Assembly: GCA_035221665.1 (NCBI GenBank)
Contig: CM069133.1
Coordinates: 97,836,001 to 97,900,000, forward strand
Direction: 5' to 3'
From: Okamejei kenojei
Taxonomy: Eukaryota
DNA length: 64,000 nucleotides
Positions 23,248-34,383 of the stretch are shown piece by piece; the first letter of the stretch is position 1; every line of letters starts with the position of its first letter. The position numbers and the translations under genes were made by a program. Below the pieces are notes generated by a model. The model saw only the letters and a list, made by a program, of their open reading frames with translations. It searched no databases and was not told the DNA's origin.

Positions 23248-24480
23248 TAGACATAGGAGCAGAATTAGGACATCAAATCTCTCTGCCATTCAATCATGGC
23301 TGATCTGTTTTTCTCTCCCAACCCCATTCTCCTGCCTTCTTCTTCTCGCCTTTGACACCCTTACTAATCAAGAACCTATCAATCTCTGCCTTAAATATAC
23401 CCAATGTTTTGTCCTCCACAACTATCTGTGGGAATGAATTCCACAGATTCGCCACACTCTGGCTGAATAAGTTTCTCCTCATCTCCATTTTTAAGGTACA
23501 TCCTTTTTTCTGAGGCTGCGCTTTCTGGTTTGTGTCTCTTTACAGGAAACATCCTTTCAATGTCCACTTTATCTAGTCCTTTCATTATCCAGTAGGTTTC
23601 AATGAGATCCGCTCCTCATTTATCTAAACAAAAGTGGGTATAGGCCCAGAGCCTTCAAACGCTCCTCATAAGTTAATCCAATTATCCCTGGGATCATTCT
23701 TAGATATTTCCTCTGGACCCTCAGTACATTCTGTATATCTTTCCTCAGATTATGGGGCCCAAAACTACTTCAATTTTCCAAATGTAGCCTCACCATCACC
23801 TGATAAAACCTCAGCATCACATCCTTTATATTCGTCCCCTCAAAATGAATGCTAGTATTGTATATTTGCCTTCATTACAGTTAATTCAACTTGCAAATTA
23901 ACCTTATGAGAATACAGCACCAGCAATCCCAAGTCCCTTTGCACCTCTAATTTCTGAATCCTCTCCCCATTCCTTCTACCAAACTGCATGACCGCGAACT
24001 TTGCTACGCTGCTTTCCATTTGCTTCTTTGCCCACTCTCCCAACCTTTTCAAGTCCTTTTGCAGCCTTCGTGCTTCCTCAATTCTACCTGCTCTCCAGCT
24101 ATCTTTGGATCATCCGCAAACTTGCCCACAAAGCCATCAACTCCCTCATCCAGATCATTAACATATAACATGAAAAATAGTGGACCCAACACGAGTGGAC
24201 AGTACCGAACAGTAGCAGACCCAACCCAATAGTGACCCACAGAACACCACTAGTTACCAGCAGCCAACCAATATAGGCCACTCTTTGCCAGTTAGCCAAT
24301 TATTAAGGCAGAGATAGATAGATTCTTGATTAGTACATGTATCAAAAGTTATGGGGAGAAGTTCAGCTGAATGGGGTTAGGAGGGAGAGATAGATCGGCC
24401 ACAATTGAGTGGCGGAGTAGACTTAATGGGCCGAATGGCCTAATTCTACTCCGATTCCCTATGACCTTATGATCTTATGA
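23248..24480. mobile_element. CR1 fragments (- strand 23248-24300; + strand 3' end 24300-24480)
   Basis: VLGPLFFMLYVNDLDEG...GKFADD and CR1 3' UTRs. Confidence 0.8.
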
Positions 24481-24619
24481 CCTTAAAAGGCTGATGTTGC
24501 ATCTCTTTGAATTGAGTGTAGAGCAGACCCAGTAGTGTGGAGGGCATGTTCATTTGTCGGAAGAGAGGAGTGAGGCAGATTGTAAGAATTGTCAGGAAGT
24601 AATGTAAATAGTATAAGGT

Positions 24620-25290
24620 GCTGAAGAGAATCCGGAAGTGGGGGTGGGAAAGGGTGAGATCCTAAGTGAGGAAAATGATGCATGCACATCAGGTTTGCCA
24701 ACCACAGTGTAGGGAGGAATAAGAAATATGGAAAGTACTTGTCCCAAAGATGATACAGGCAGAATGGATATGACACAAATGCAAAAACTGGGAAATTGAA
24801 TGAGATTTGGTGAGGAAATGTAGTTGAAGCATTTGAGGAATCATCACGTGATGACCTATCCCCAGAAACGTAGATGCTGAATTCAATGAAGAGAAGAAAC
24901 CAATTGGGAGTTGGAATATGTGATTTTTGGAAATTGGAATGAATGCTACTGAAATGTTTCAGTTCTGGGTATGTGCAGAAATAACACAAATACAGTCACC
25001 AAGCTAATAGAGTAAAAGATGTGGGGAAAACAATCTGAATAAGAATTCTCTACTATGTTGACAAGATAGATGTAGCTAAGGCCTTGGTAATATCTTTGGA
25101 GAAAGTGAATGATCATGTGAGAACTAGTTCAGGTGCTGGTGAAGAGGTGGAAGTGGTGGATGAGTGATGGTCGGACAAAGCAGAATTATTATGTGCAGTG
25201 CTGGAGGTGGAAGTGTTAAAGGATCGGATGACCATAGTTGGGTAGGACAAGGAAACTAGTAACCAACAGAATGATGGTGGGCTTTGGATG
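24620..25290 (-). mobile_element. Ancient Penelope-like RT remnant
   Basis: ISQFLHLCHIHS resembles FSQFLRLRRICS; ELVLT and VSGDR motifs are also typical of PLE RTs. Confidence 0.55.
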
Positions 25291-25922
25291 AGTTCTGGAT
25301 TTGGGTGAGAATTGACAGTCGTAGAGGAGGAAATTCCTCCATTATCTGTTTTTTTTTGCTATTGACTGTTTTGCACAAACGGAAGGATTTTAAAAATCTA
25401 TCTGTCATCAAGTTATACGACATGTAAGCATTGTGCAATGATGCAATGATGATTTCTGATAGGCAGAGTAATAGTGAAATGTGAATTATATTGTAACATG
25501 CTGTCCTTGAAACAATATTTTGGGATCTAACATAGAGGTGACCTAAATGTATGAAATTTGATTGAAACTGACTAATGTTTTCACTGAAATAGCAGGCAAG
25601 GGAAAGCCAAATGAACAGGTTCAAATATTATATGCAAATCATTCTCTTTAAAACATCAAGGATTCTGCAAGAGAATCATTCAAATTTACAGCACAGACGA
25701 AATGCATTTGCAGCTTTGAGTCCATGCCAACCAAAAATTGACTTGAGGTTAGGCCAACTTGGTGTCAAGTTATGGCACCTCCAGTGTTCATCTGAGTACT
25801 GTTTAACATGGGTGAGAGTTTCTGCTTCCACGTTCTCTCAGGACACCCAGCAGTCTGTGCAAAATATTTTTTCTCACATTCCCTCTTTCAATTAACTCAA
25901 ATTTGTGCCACTTAATTTATGT

Positions 25923-26103
25923 AGGAAAGAACTGCAGATGCTGGTTTAAATCAAAGGTAGACACAAAATGCTGGAGTAACTCTACAGGACAGCAGCATCT
26001 CTGGCGAGAAGGAATGGGTGATGTTTTCAGGTTGAGACGTCACCCATTCCTTCTCTCCAGAGATGCTGCCTGTCCCGCTGAGTTACTCCAGCATTTTGTG
26101 TGT
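25923..26103. mobile_element. Penelope-derived fold-back (inverted terminal repeat pair)
   Basis: ACACAAAATGCTGGAGTAACTC...GGAATGGGTGA is inverted as TCACCCATTCC...GAGTTACTCCAGCATTTTGTGT. Confidence 0.75.
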
Positions 26104-26570
26104 GCCACCTAATTACTGACTTCTCTTCTCTTAGAAATAGGTCATTTCTCTTTATCGTTTTCAGTTTTATGCACCTCAATTCCTATTCTTTTGTTTGTTT
26201 ATTTGAGACCCAGCATCTTCAATTCTGGATTACTAATTAGTTTTGAGATTGTTGAAGTGTTGTTGTTTTATTTTTCCTGAAAGGTGGAGAAAATGGAAAG
26301 GAAGTTGGAAATGTTGTGGTAACTAACTTTGAACAAATTATGTGCATGAAAGTTCAACTTGACATAGCACACTTGCACCCAAATCTGAATTTGTTGATGT
26401 TATTATTACATATTACTGAGGACATTATTTTGGATACCATTTATTTTTGGCTTCAAATGTTGCTAACCGACAGTTTTAGTAAAATCATCACATTTTTTAA
26501 TTCGACAAAGATGCTACACAGGCAAGAAAACATCTTAGAACAACAGCAGAAACCAGTGAGAGTAGATCTC

Positions 26571-26584
26571 ATATATATATACAT

Positions 26585-26636
<52 letters not shown>
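26571..26636. repeat. (TA)n microsatellite
   Basis: Directly visible. Confidence 0.95.
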
Positions 26637-26640
<4 letters not shown>

Positions 26641-27359
26641 ATACGAATGACGCCTGTATTTGTTGATATACGAATGTCAACAATACATATACAGTATATA
26701 TATGTTGTTTCTGCTTTGAACTGAATATCACAGGCAGCATGGTAACATTATTACAAACGTGTTGGGTGATCAAATGATTTACCTGAGATTTTGCATTGAA
26801 AAGAATTATAATGACAGCAACTGAACTTACAATCATTCAGTTTGCTGGAATCAGCAGTTGAAACTTGCCTTGAAACTGCAAGTGTTGATCTAAGCAGAAC
26901 ATTTCATGATTCCAGCTTCATTCAGATAAGAAGTCAAGTCGCATGAGGCTTTTATACAGTTTCAGGTGTAGAGTTCCCTGTCAAGTTACAGACAGCATTT
27001 CTCCTTGACCTATGACATGATAGGGTTGAAAGTGACTTTGAATGATGGAATTACTTGACTTTGTACTTTCGATTTTTAATTAAAATCAAATGGTAGAAAA
27101 TGGATGTCTGTTTGACATCCTTCATGTTTTTGGTTTGCTGGACATCAGAGACAATGCTGAAATCTGATCTGAAGAATATCATTGTTGTTAAACTTAAGAC
27201 AATGTATATTCATAAGACAAGGCCAGTAGGAGCATATTAATAGTGAAATTGTCTCACATGTGATTGTTGACCGGAAGTGGAATGAACCCCACTCTGCATC
27301 AGTTGCCTGATGGAATATCCATCTTTTTAACACACAAGATAATTCAAATTCTATATATT

Positions 27360-28670
27360 GTTTTATTTATTTATTTTTATTTATTAGAAGTGAGTACATT
27401 ACATTTTAATGGTACCTTTTTACAGGTTCCCCAGAATTATTAAAACATTATTTGTACAACCTCCTTTTAAAAAAAAAATTTTTTTTAGAAAGAAATGAGA
27501 AAGAAAGCAGTGAAGAGTGAAGAATAGACTAGTGTGTAGAGTGAAGAAAGAAATGTGAGAAAGTAAAGCAAAAAGGAGATTCTCCCACGTAACCAGTCGA
27601 TTTAAAAAAAAATATTCTTAATCATTTTTCAGTCAAACCCAGAATTTTTAATTTTATGATGATATTACACCGCATGATTTCACAAGGTCAATAAATGGAG
27701 ACCAACTCGTTAAGAATTGGTCTTTTTTTTCTATTAGGAGGAGTCTCATTTCTTCCACATGTGCCGTTTCCAACATATTACCAATCCACATTTTGAGTAT
27801 TGGTATAGTAGCCTTTTTCCAAAATTTATATATGAGTTTTTTCGCTATTGTCAAACCATAATTAAAAAATGAGATTTGGGATATATTTAATTTATTTACA
27901 TCTCCAAAGATAATCATTTCCATGCTAGGTTCCATTTTTATCTTAAATAAACCAGTGAATATATCAAATATATCACACCAAAAACTTTGAAGTTTTATGC
28001 AAGAAACGAAAGAGTGTGTAAGATTGGTATTTTGAGAAAGACATTTATCACAAATTGGTGAGATATTTGAATAAAATTTATTCAACCTACCTTTTGAATA
28101 ATATAGTCTGTGTAATATTTTACATTGAATTAAATTATGTCTAGAGTTAATCGAACCTTCATGTATATATATCAAATACCTCTCCCATGTTTCTTTAGAA
28201 ATTTTTATCATTAAATCTTTTTCCAAGTCTTCTCTAATTGCCTCTGTTGAAGGCAATTCTCTGTTAAGAATACGGTTATATAGATATGATATTAATTTTT
28301 GTGAGTCCGCCTTAATATTCATTGCTTCTTCCAGTGGGTCCATCGTTATATTCTGTACTCTTGGTATATATATATTTTTTTTAAGTCACATATATGTAAA
28401 TATTTAAAGTATTGGTTATTATTCAAATTAAATTTTGATTTTAATTGTTGAAATGATAATAAATTTCCCATTTCATACATGTCACCCAACTTTTTAATTC
28501 CCAGCCTTTCCCAGTGTCTATATGTTTTGTCCATAATAGATGGTTTAAATACCGGATTATTCACTATTGGTGTTAATGAAGATAAGTTTCTTAATTTTAA
28601 ATGTGATTTTATTTGTTTCCAAATTCGAATTATATTGTGTATAATTGGATTCTTCGTATATAATATATTA
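27360..28670 (-). mobile_element. 5'-truncated L1-clade LINE (ORF2 C-terminus and A-rich tail)
   Basis: KILHRLYYS..LNK..SPICDKC...LTHSFVSC is the CCHC region. It is very similar to 60245-61330. Confidence 0.85.
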
Positions 28671-28789
28671 TTTATTCTGATTCAAGTTCTATATTAATTG
28701 ACAAAGTTCACATTAACATGTCAGAGCTCCTCCTGCAAGAAAGATATTCTCAAAAATCTTTGCAGTTAAATATTTCGTTTCAGCTAGCA

Positions 28790-29230
28790 CTGTAGCATCA
28801 CTCCGAAGGTTATGGGTTTAACATCTACTTGAGAAATTTAAATATATAATCCAGCCTGACCCTCCAGTGTGGATCTAAGGTATTGCTGCACGATTGGATG
28901 TGCTGCCTTCCTGATGAAGTGTTAAGCGGAGACCCCCACCTGCCATCTTAAGACTGACATAAAACTTCCCAAGGCACTGTTTGAAAAAGAGCAGAAGGAT
29001 TTTGAAAACATTCATTCCCCCCCCCCCCCCCCCCCCCATCCCCCCCAGCTAGATTTGCTAAAACTAATTACCTGGATTTTAGTTTCATTAGTCTATGAGG
29101 AACAATTGCTGTGAACAATTTGGCTGTTGTGTTTTCCTATTACAGTGATGGTGAAACTTCAAAAGTATTTCACAGGCCGTGAAATGTTTTGGGACACAAA
29201 GGTGCTGCATTAAATGAATGTTCATTTTTT
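28790..29230 (+). mobile_element. Ancient DeuSINE (SacSINE1/AmnSINE1-like)
   Basis: Deu-domain-like tgctgcac..tggatgtgctgccttcctgatgaagtgttaa...aaaacttcccaaggcactgtttgaaaaagagcag, and a 3' acttcaaaagtatttca...gctgcattaaatg tail. Confidence 0.65.
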
Positions 29231-29624
29231 CTAATTGGCCATTCCCTACTCCCAAGCCACCAACATCATAAAAGTAGTCCTTTGAAAGGTGTTTACTCAA
29301 GATTTATACACTGTTTATACTTTGCATAATAATCACATTTCACCAAGATTACAACATACCTTTTGGGAAATATAAAGAAGGAATAAATGATTTTTTTTCC
29401 CCTCCCCTTTATCCTTATTTCCCTACCACAACCTCACCAAGTACTCAAGCTCTTTGCCGATCAATTCCAATCTAGAATGATTAGCAGGATGTCCTTAAAA
29501 GCATATGAGGAATGCTTACCTCACTTCAACTCCATGCTGTGGAGGAAAGATTGGCCTCGGCTGGTATCTGATGAATACTGGCAAATGGTCAGGAATTAAA
29601 CACATTAAAGATTTAGAAAATAAC

Positions 29625-30070
29625 TCATTGCACTGAAAAAGTGACTGGAGTTTCCACAAACTTCTTTAACCTCCCACTACTGTAGTCAGAGGTGCCCACT
29701 TCCTTTAAAAGGAAATCCATAATACTGATGCCAAGGACGAGCAAGGTCTTTGGTACCTCAAAGACTACTGACCAGTGGTACTCACATCTGTTGTGATGAA
29801 GTGCTTCAAGAGATTGGTCATGATGCAAATCAATTCCTGCCCTAATAATAATCTGGACCCACTTCAATTAATCTAACAAGACAGCAGATCGACAGCAGAT
29901 GCCATCTAGCTGGCTCTCCACTCTGCGCTGGACCAATTGGGCAACAGGAACATATAGACCAGGCAGTTGTTCATCGACTACAGCTCATTGTTCAACATTG
30001 TCATCCTTTCTAAACTCTGTTCTTCCCTGTACAACTGGATTTGATGACTTCCTCATAGGCAATCCTCAAA
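29625..30070 (+). mobile_element. Degraded Rex1 RT fragment
   Basis: DY.PVVLTSVVMKCF and LDPLQ motifs. Confidence 0.7.
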
Positions 30071-30781
30071 GTTTACATCACAAGCTGCTGGAAGTGCAAG
30101 CTGATATCTGCATAGCAATGTATAGCAATGAGACAAAATTAAATTAAGGAAGTACGTGGAATTTTGAATTTTGCATAAAGATCACCAAGAATAATTCATT
30201 CTGTGAAAGAATCCCATTTCAGCTATTCATTTTCTCTACCAAATAGATTGATTGGCATTGCTCTAACAATGAATACATCATTAAAATGGTATTAAGGTAT
30301 TAATTACAAAAATTGACATTCTGTTGTAAATTTAGTAGTGCAAATTGATCATGCAAATTAACCTTAAAAAGGCATTAAAATTGAGATCCATTGGAGTAAA
30401 GAAAATGAATTGCATAAACGCACATTCTGGAGAGTTGCATTGTGTGGGCATACTCCAATTCCCTGAATTTGCTGGTGACTTTCAATGAAATTGCGAGTGT
30501 AATTACATTAGGCTTCTCCCAACAAAAATGCACATCAATTCCTGTGAATGCAGTTTAGCATCACTGATTGCACAGAATGACCAACAAAGCTTATTAAGAT
30601 TCTTGTCAAACCTTGAATACAAACAGCATCCATAAATATTTAAGAAATAGGTGGTGGATCATTTACCATTTGAAGGAAAATTACGTTAATTTTATCAGAT
30701 TGATCTCTTACATTTGCTAATGGAAATATCTCTCATGGTGTTCCATTTTCTAACACCAATTTCTCAAATCTTCCTCTATAG

Positions 30782-30943
30782 TTTGAAGGCTGTAATAAGG
30801 CATTTTCAAGACTTGAAAATCTCAAGATTCACCTACGAAGTCATACAGGGGAAAAGCCTTACCTGTGTCAACATCCAGGCTGCCAGAAAGCCTTTAGCAA
30901 CTCAAGTGACCGTGCCAAGCATCAGAGAACACATCTAGACACA
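30782..30943 (+). CDS. GLIS3: GLIS3 internal coding exon, C2H2 zinc fingers 3 (part) and 4: [54 protein letters not shown]
   Basis: Manual translation gives the GLIS1/GLIS3 finger sequence. A pyrimidine tract and ATAG acceptor end at 30781, and a GTAAGA donor starts at 30944. Length is 162 bp, phase 0/0. The ORF track misses it because the frame has no ATG. Confidence 0.95.
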
Positions 30944-32300
30944 GTAAGAATCTCTTGGTTAAGAAATAAGTTATTCAATACTATATTCTCAGTAGTAGTA
31001 ATTTAGTACAAAAATAATTACATCATCCCATTTATTTTTTTGTATTTATTTATTCACCAGCCCCTCATTATCACAATTCTGCTATGTAAAATGCGGCAGT
31101 ACCTACACACGCTAGGCCCTGAAAACTGTTAGATTTATTATAAATGGTGTTAGTTATAGACCAAGAAATCTCATAATTTCATTGTTTTTAATAATTTTTA
31201 AATATGACTTGGGAAATAACTAAGACTATTCATGATAATACTTTGAATATTTTTAGCCTTATTTTCAGTCACAAATAATTGCTAATAATCTGTTGTTACG
31301 AGAATCTGAACTTATTCAAATAAATATTATTTACTTGCTTACTTTTGACTTTTCACATGGGTTGAATGCAGTTAAAACATTTTTTGACTTATCATGTTTA
31401 TTCTTTGCTAGTGAAAGAATGCAATCCCTTAATTCCATTTTGTGCTTCACAGCTTTGTAGTTTTGGATCATTGGAAATTTTCTCACCCGCTCTTTTGAAA
31501 TAAAGGTGTTAATACACATGTTAAAATAGTGTATTGAAATACCATAGAGTACAAGAATGAGGAAGTCCTGATGAAACTTCATTATAAAATTGATTTCAGT
31601 CACAAATGGAATATTGTGTTCAGTTCTGGACGGTTTGGAGAGTGTAGATTAGTGTCACTGTTATGAGTCAAGCTTTTGTAGGTACGCCCACTAGCTTTAC
31701 AGTAACCCTCCCTGCCTGGTTCCCATATTATTAGAGAAATGTGCAAGTTTGAAATTACCGATGCTGTAACATTAATAAAGTCTTTGGACCTTTATCACTG
31801 TGTAAGACTTCAGTTATTTGAACAGCAACATCGCAACATGGTGTCAGAGTACACGGACTCACTCCTTGTTTAATTGTTTGCTGTTATTTTAATTTATTGT
31901 TTTTCAACTGTATTGCAATGGCTTCTGCTCTCAGAAAACCAGCGGTCCTGGTATTTAATGAGGATCTCGCAGATTGGCGTGTATTTGAAAAAGATTTCTC
32001 AATCTACATTGCAGCGGCTCACCTTACTGCTGATCCTGGTGTTCGAGAGTAAATACTTCTTAATTTGGCAGGCACAGAAGCTGCTCATTGTGCCAGATGA
32101 TTTCACTATGAACCGGCTAGACTTGATGAGGCTGGTGTCCAGATTGCTCCTGCTGAATCCACTCAAGATCCTGACTGCTAACTGTGCAAATTCCGACAAT
32201 TATGTGAGTTACGAACAAATTTAGTGATTGAACGGCATCTGTTTTTTTTCACGGTGCCAGAGACAGGGAGAACCTGTGGAGTTGTACGTCAGTGCACTGA

Positions 32301-34383
32301 TGTATAACTGACAATAAAAATAGAGGAGGTGGAGAGGCTTTTCAAAGGACAAAAGAGCCGGAAATCTCCAGGACATAGAAACATAGAAACATAGAAATTA
32401 GGTGCAGGAGCAGGCTATTCGGCCCTTCGAGCCTGCACCGCCATTCAATATGATCATGGCTGATCATCCAACTCAGTATCCTGTACCTGCCTTCTCTCCA
32501 TACCCCCTGATCCCTTCAGCCACAAGGGCCACATCCAACTCCCTCTTAAATATGGCCAACGAACTGGCCTCAACTACCTTCTGTGGCAGAGAATTCCACA
32601 GATTCACCACTCTCTGTGTGAAAAACAATTTTCTCATCTCGGTCCTAAAAGACTTCCCCCTTATCCTTAAACTGTGACCCCCTGTCCTGGACTTCCCCAA
32701 CATCGGGAACAATCTTCCTGCATCTAGCCTGTCCAACCCCTTAAGAATTTTGTAAATCTCTATGAGATCACCCCTCAATCTTCTAAATTCCAGCGAGTAC
32801 AAGCCGAGTCTATCCAGTCTTTCTTCATATGGAAGTCGTGCCATCCCAGGAATCAGTCTGGTGAACCTTCTCTGTACTCCCTCTATAACAAGAATGTCTT
32901 TCCTCAGATTAGGAGACCAAAACTGTACGCAAAAAGGACCTGACAATGTTTCCCCCTCTACTCTTAAACTCTGTGCCAAACAGCTGGCACCGGTCTATAT
33001 AGACATTATTAACCAGTCCCTACAAACATGTACTGTCCCTGCCTGCTTCAAAGTCTCCACTATTGTCCCTGTACCCAGAAATACAAGGATTACTTGTCTT
33101 AATGACTACAGGCCTATAGCACTGAAGACACTCGAAAGGCTTGTGCTGGCCAAGCTGAAAAAATATCACAAACTCCCAGCTGGACCCTCTGCAGTTTGCA
33201 TATCGGGCCAATAGATCTGTGGATGATGCAACCTGGGCCTGCACTGCATCCTACATCACTTAGACTGCCAGGGGACCTAAGTGAGGATCCTGTTTGTTGA
33301 TTTTAGCTCTGCATTCAACACCATTGTGCCAGAGCTACTACACTCCACACTTTCCGAGTTGACTGTGCCTGAACCCCTTTGGCAGTGGATCACCAACTTC
33401 CTGACTGACCAGAAGCAGCATGTGAGGCTGGGAAAGCACATCTCGGACCCAAAAACACCCAGCATAGGAGCACCGTAAGGCTGCATACACTCTCCTCTCC
33501 TCTACTCTCTCTACACCAATGACTGCACCTCCACAGACACCTCTGTCAAGCTTCTCAAGTTTGCGAACGACACAACCTGATTGGACTGACCCAGGATGGG
33601 GAGGAATCTGCCTACAGACAGGAAGTGTCACAGCTGGTGTCCTGGTGCTGTAACAACAACCTAGAGCTCAATGCTCTTAAGACAGTGGAATTGATTGTAG
33701 ACTTTAGGAGAGCGCCCCCTCCCCTCACCCACTCACCATCAACAACACCACAGTCACATCTGCGGAGTCTTTTAAGTTCCTGGGAACCATCATCTCCAAG
33801 GACCTTAAGTGGGGGGCTACCCTCGGCTCCACAGTCAAACAGGCACAACAGAGGATGTACTTCCTATGGCAGTTGAGGAAGCACAATCCGCCACAGGCAA
33901 TGATGGTCCAATTCTACATGGCCATCATAGAGTCTGTTCTCACCTTCTCCATCTTGGTCTGGTTTGGCTGCAATGATCAGCAGAGAACATTATTGGCAGC
34001 AACTTTCCCTCCATTGATGAACTGTACACTGCAAGGGCCAGGATGCGAGCGGGCAAGATCATCTCTGACCCCTGGCCACAAACTCTTTGAATCACTTCCC
34101 TCTGGAAGGTGACTCCGGACTGTCAAAGCTGCCACAGCCAGACATAAAAACAGTTTTTATCCACGAGCAGTTGCTCTACTCAACAGCCAAAAATCTGTGC
34201 CTCTCTTTGATCTGGTATTTTGTTGGTTCACATGCTTGATCAATGGTGTTTTATCATTAATGTTTTATTATTATTAATGTTTAGTGTTTTCTGAGTCATT
34301 CGTAACATGTCATGTTGTTACTTGTGGGCGGAGCACCAAGGCAAATTCCTTGTATGTGAATACTTGGCCAATAAACTTACTTA
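32301..34383 (+). mobile_element. 5'-truncated Rex1 LINE inserted in Gypsy gag
   Basis: RT motifs, AATAAA(CTTA)n tail, and ACTGA duplicated at both junctions. Confidence 0.85.
32374..32933 (-). mobile_element. Young CR1/HER1 fragment nested in the Rex1 copy
   Basis: [12 protein letters not shown]...GYGEKAGTGY; AGGAC occurs at both junctions. Confidence 0.9.

Noticed and set aside
26316-26836. ORFs with IYIYIY runs
   Set aside because: They are translations of the (TA)n microsatellite.
30714-30938. 74-aa ORF overlapping the zinc-finger exon
   Set aside because: It is an alternative frame of the GLIS3 exon; the real frame is set by the splice sites.
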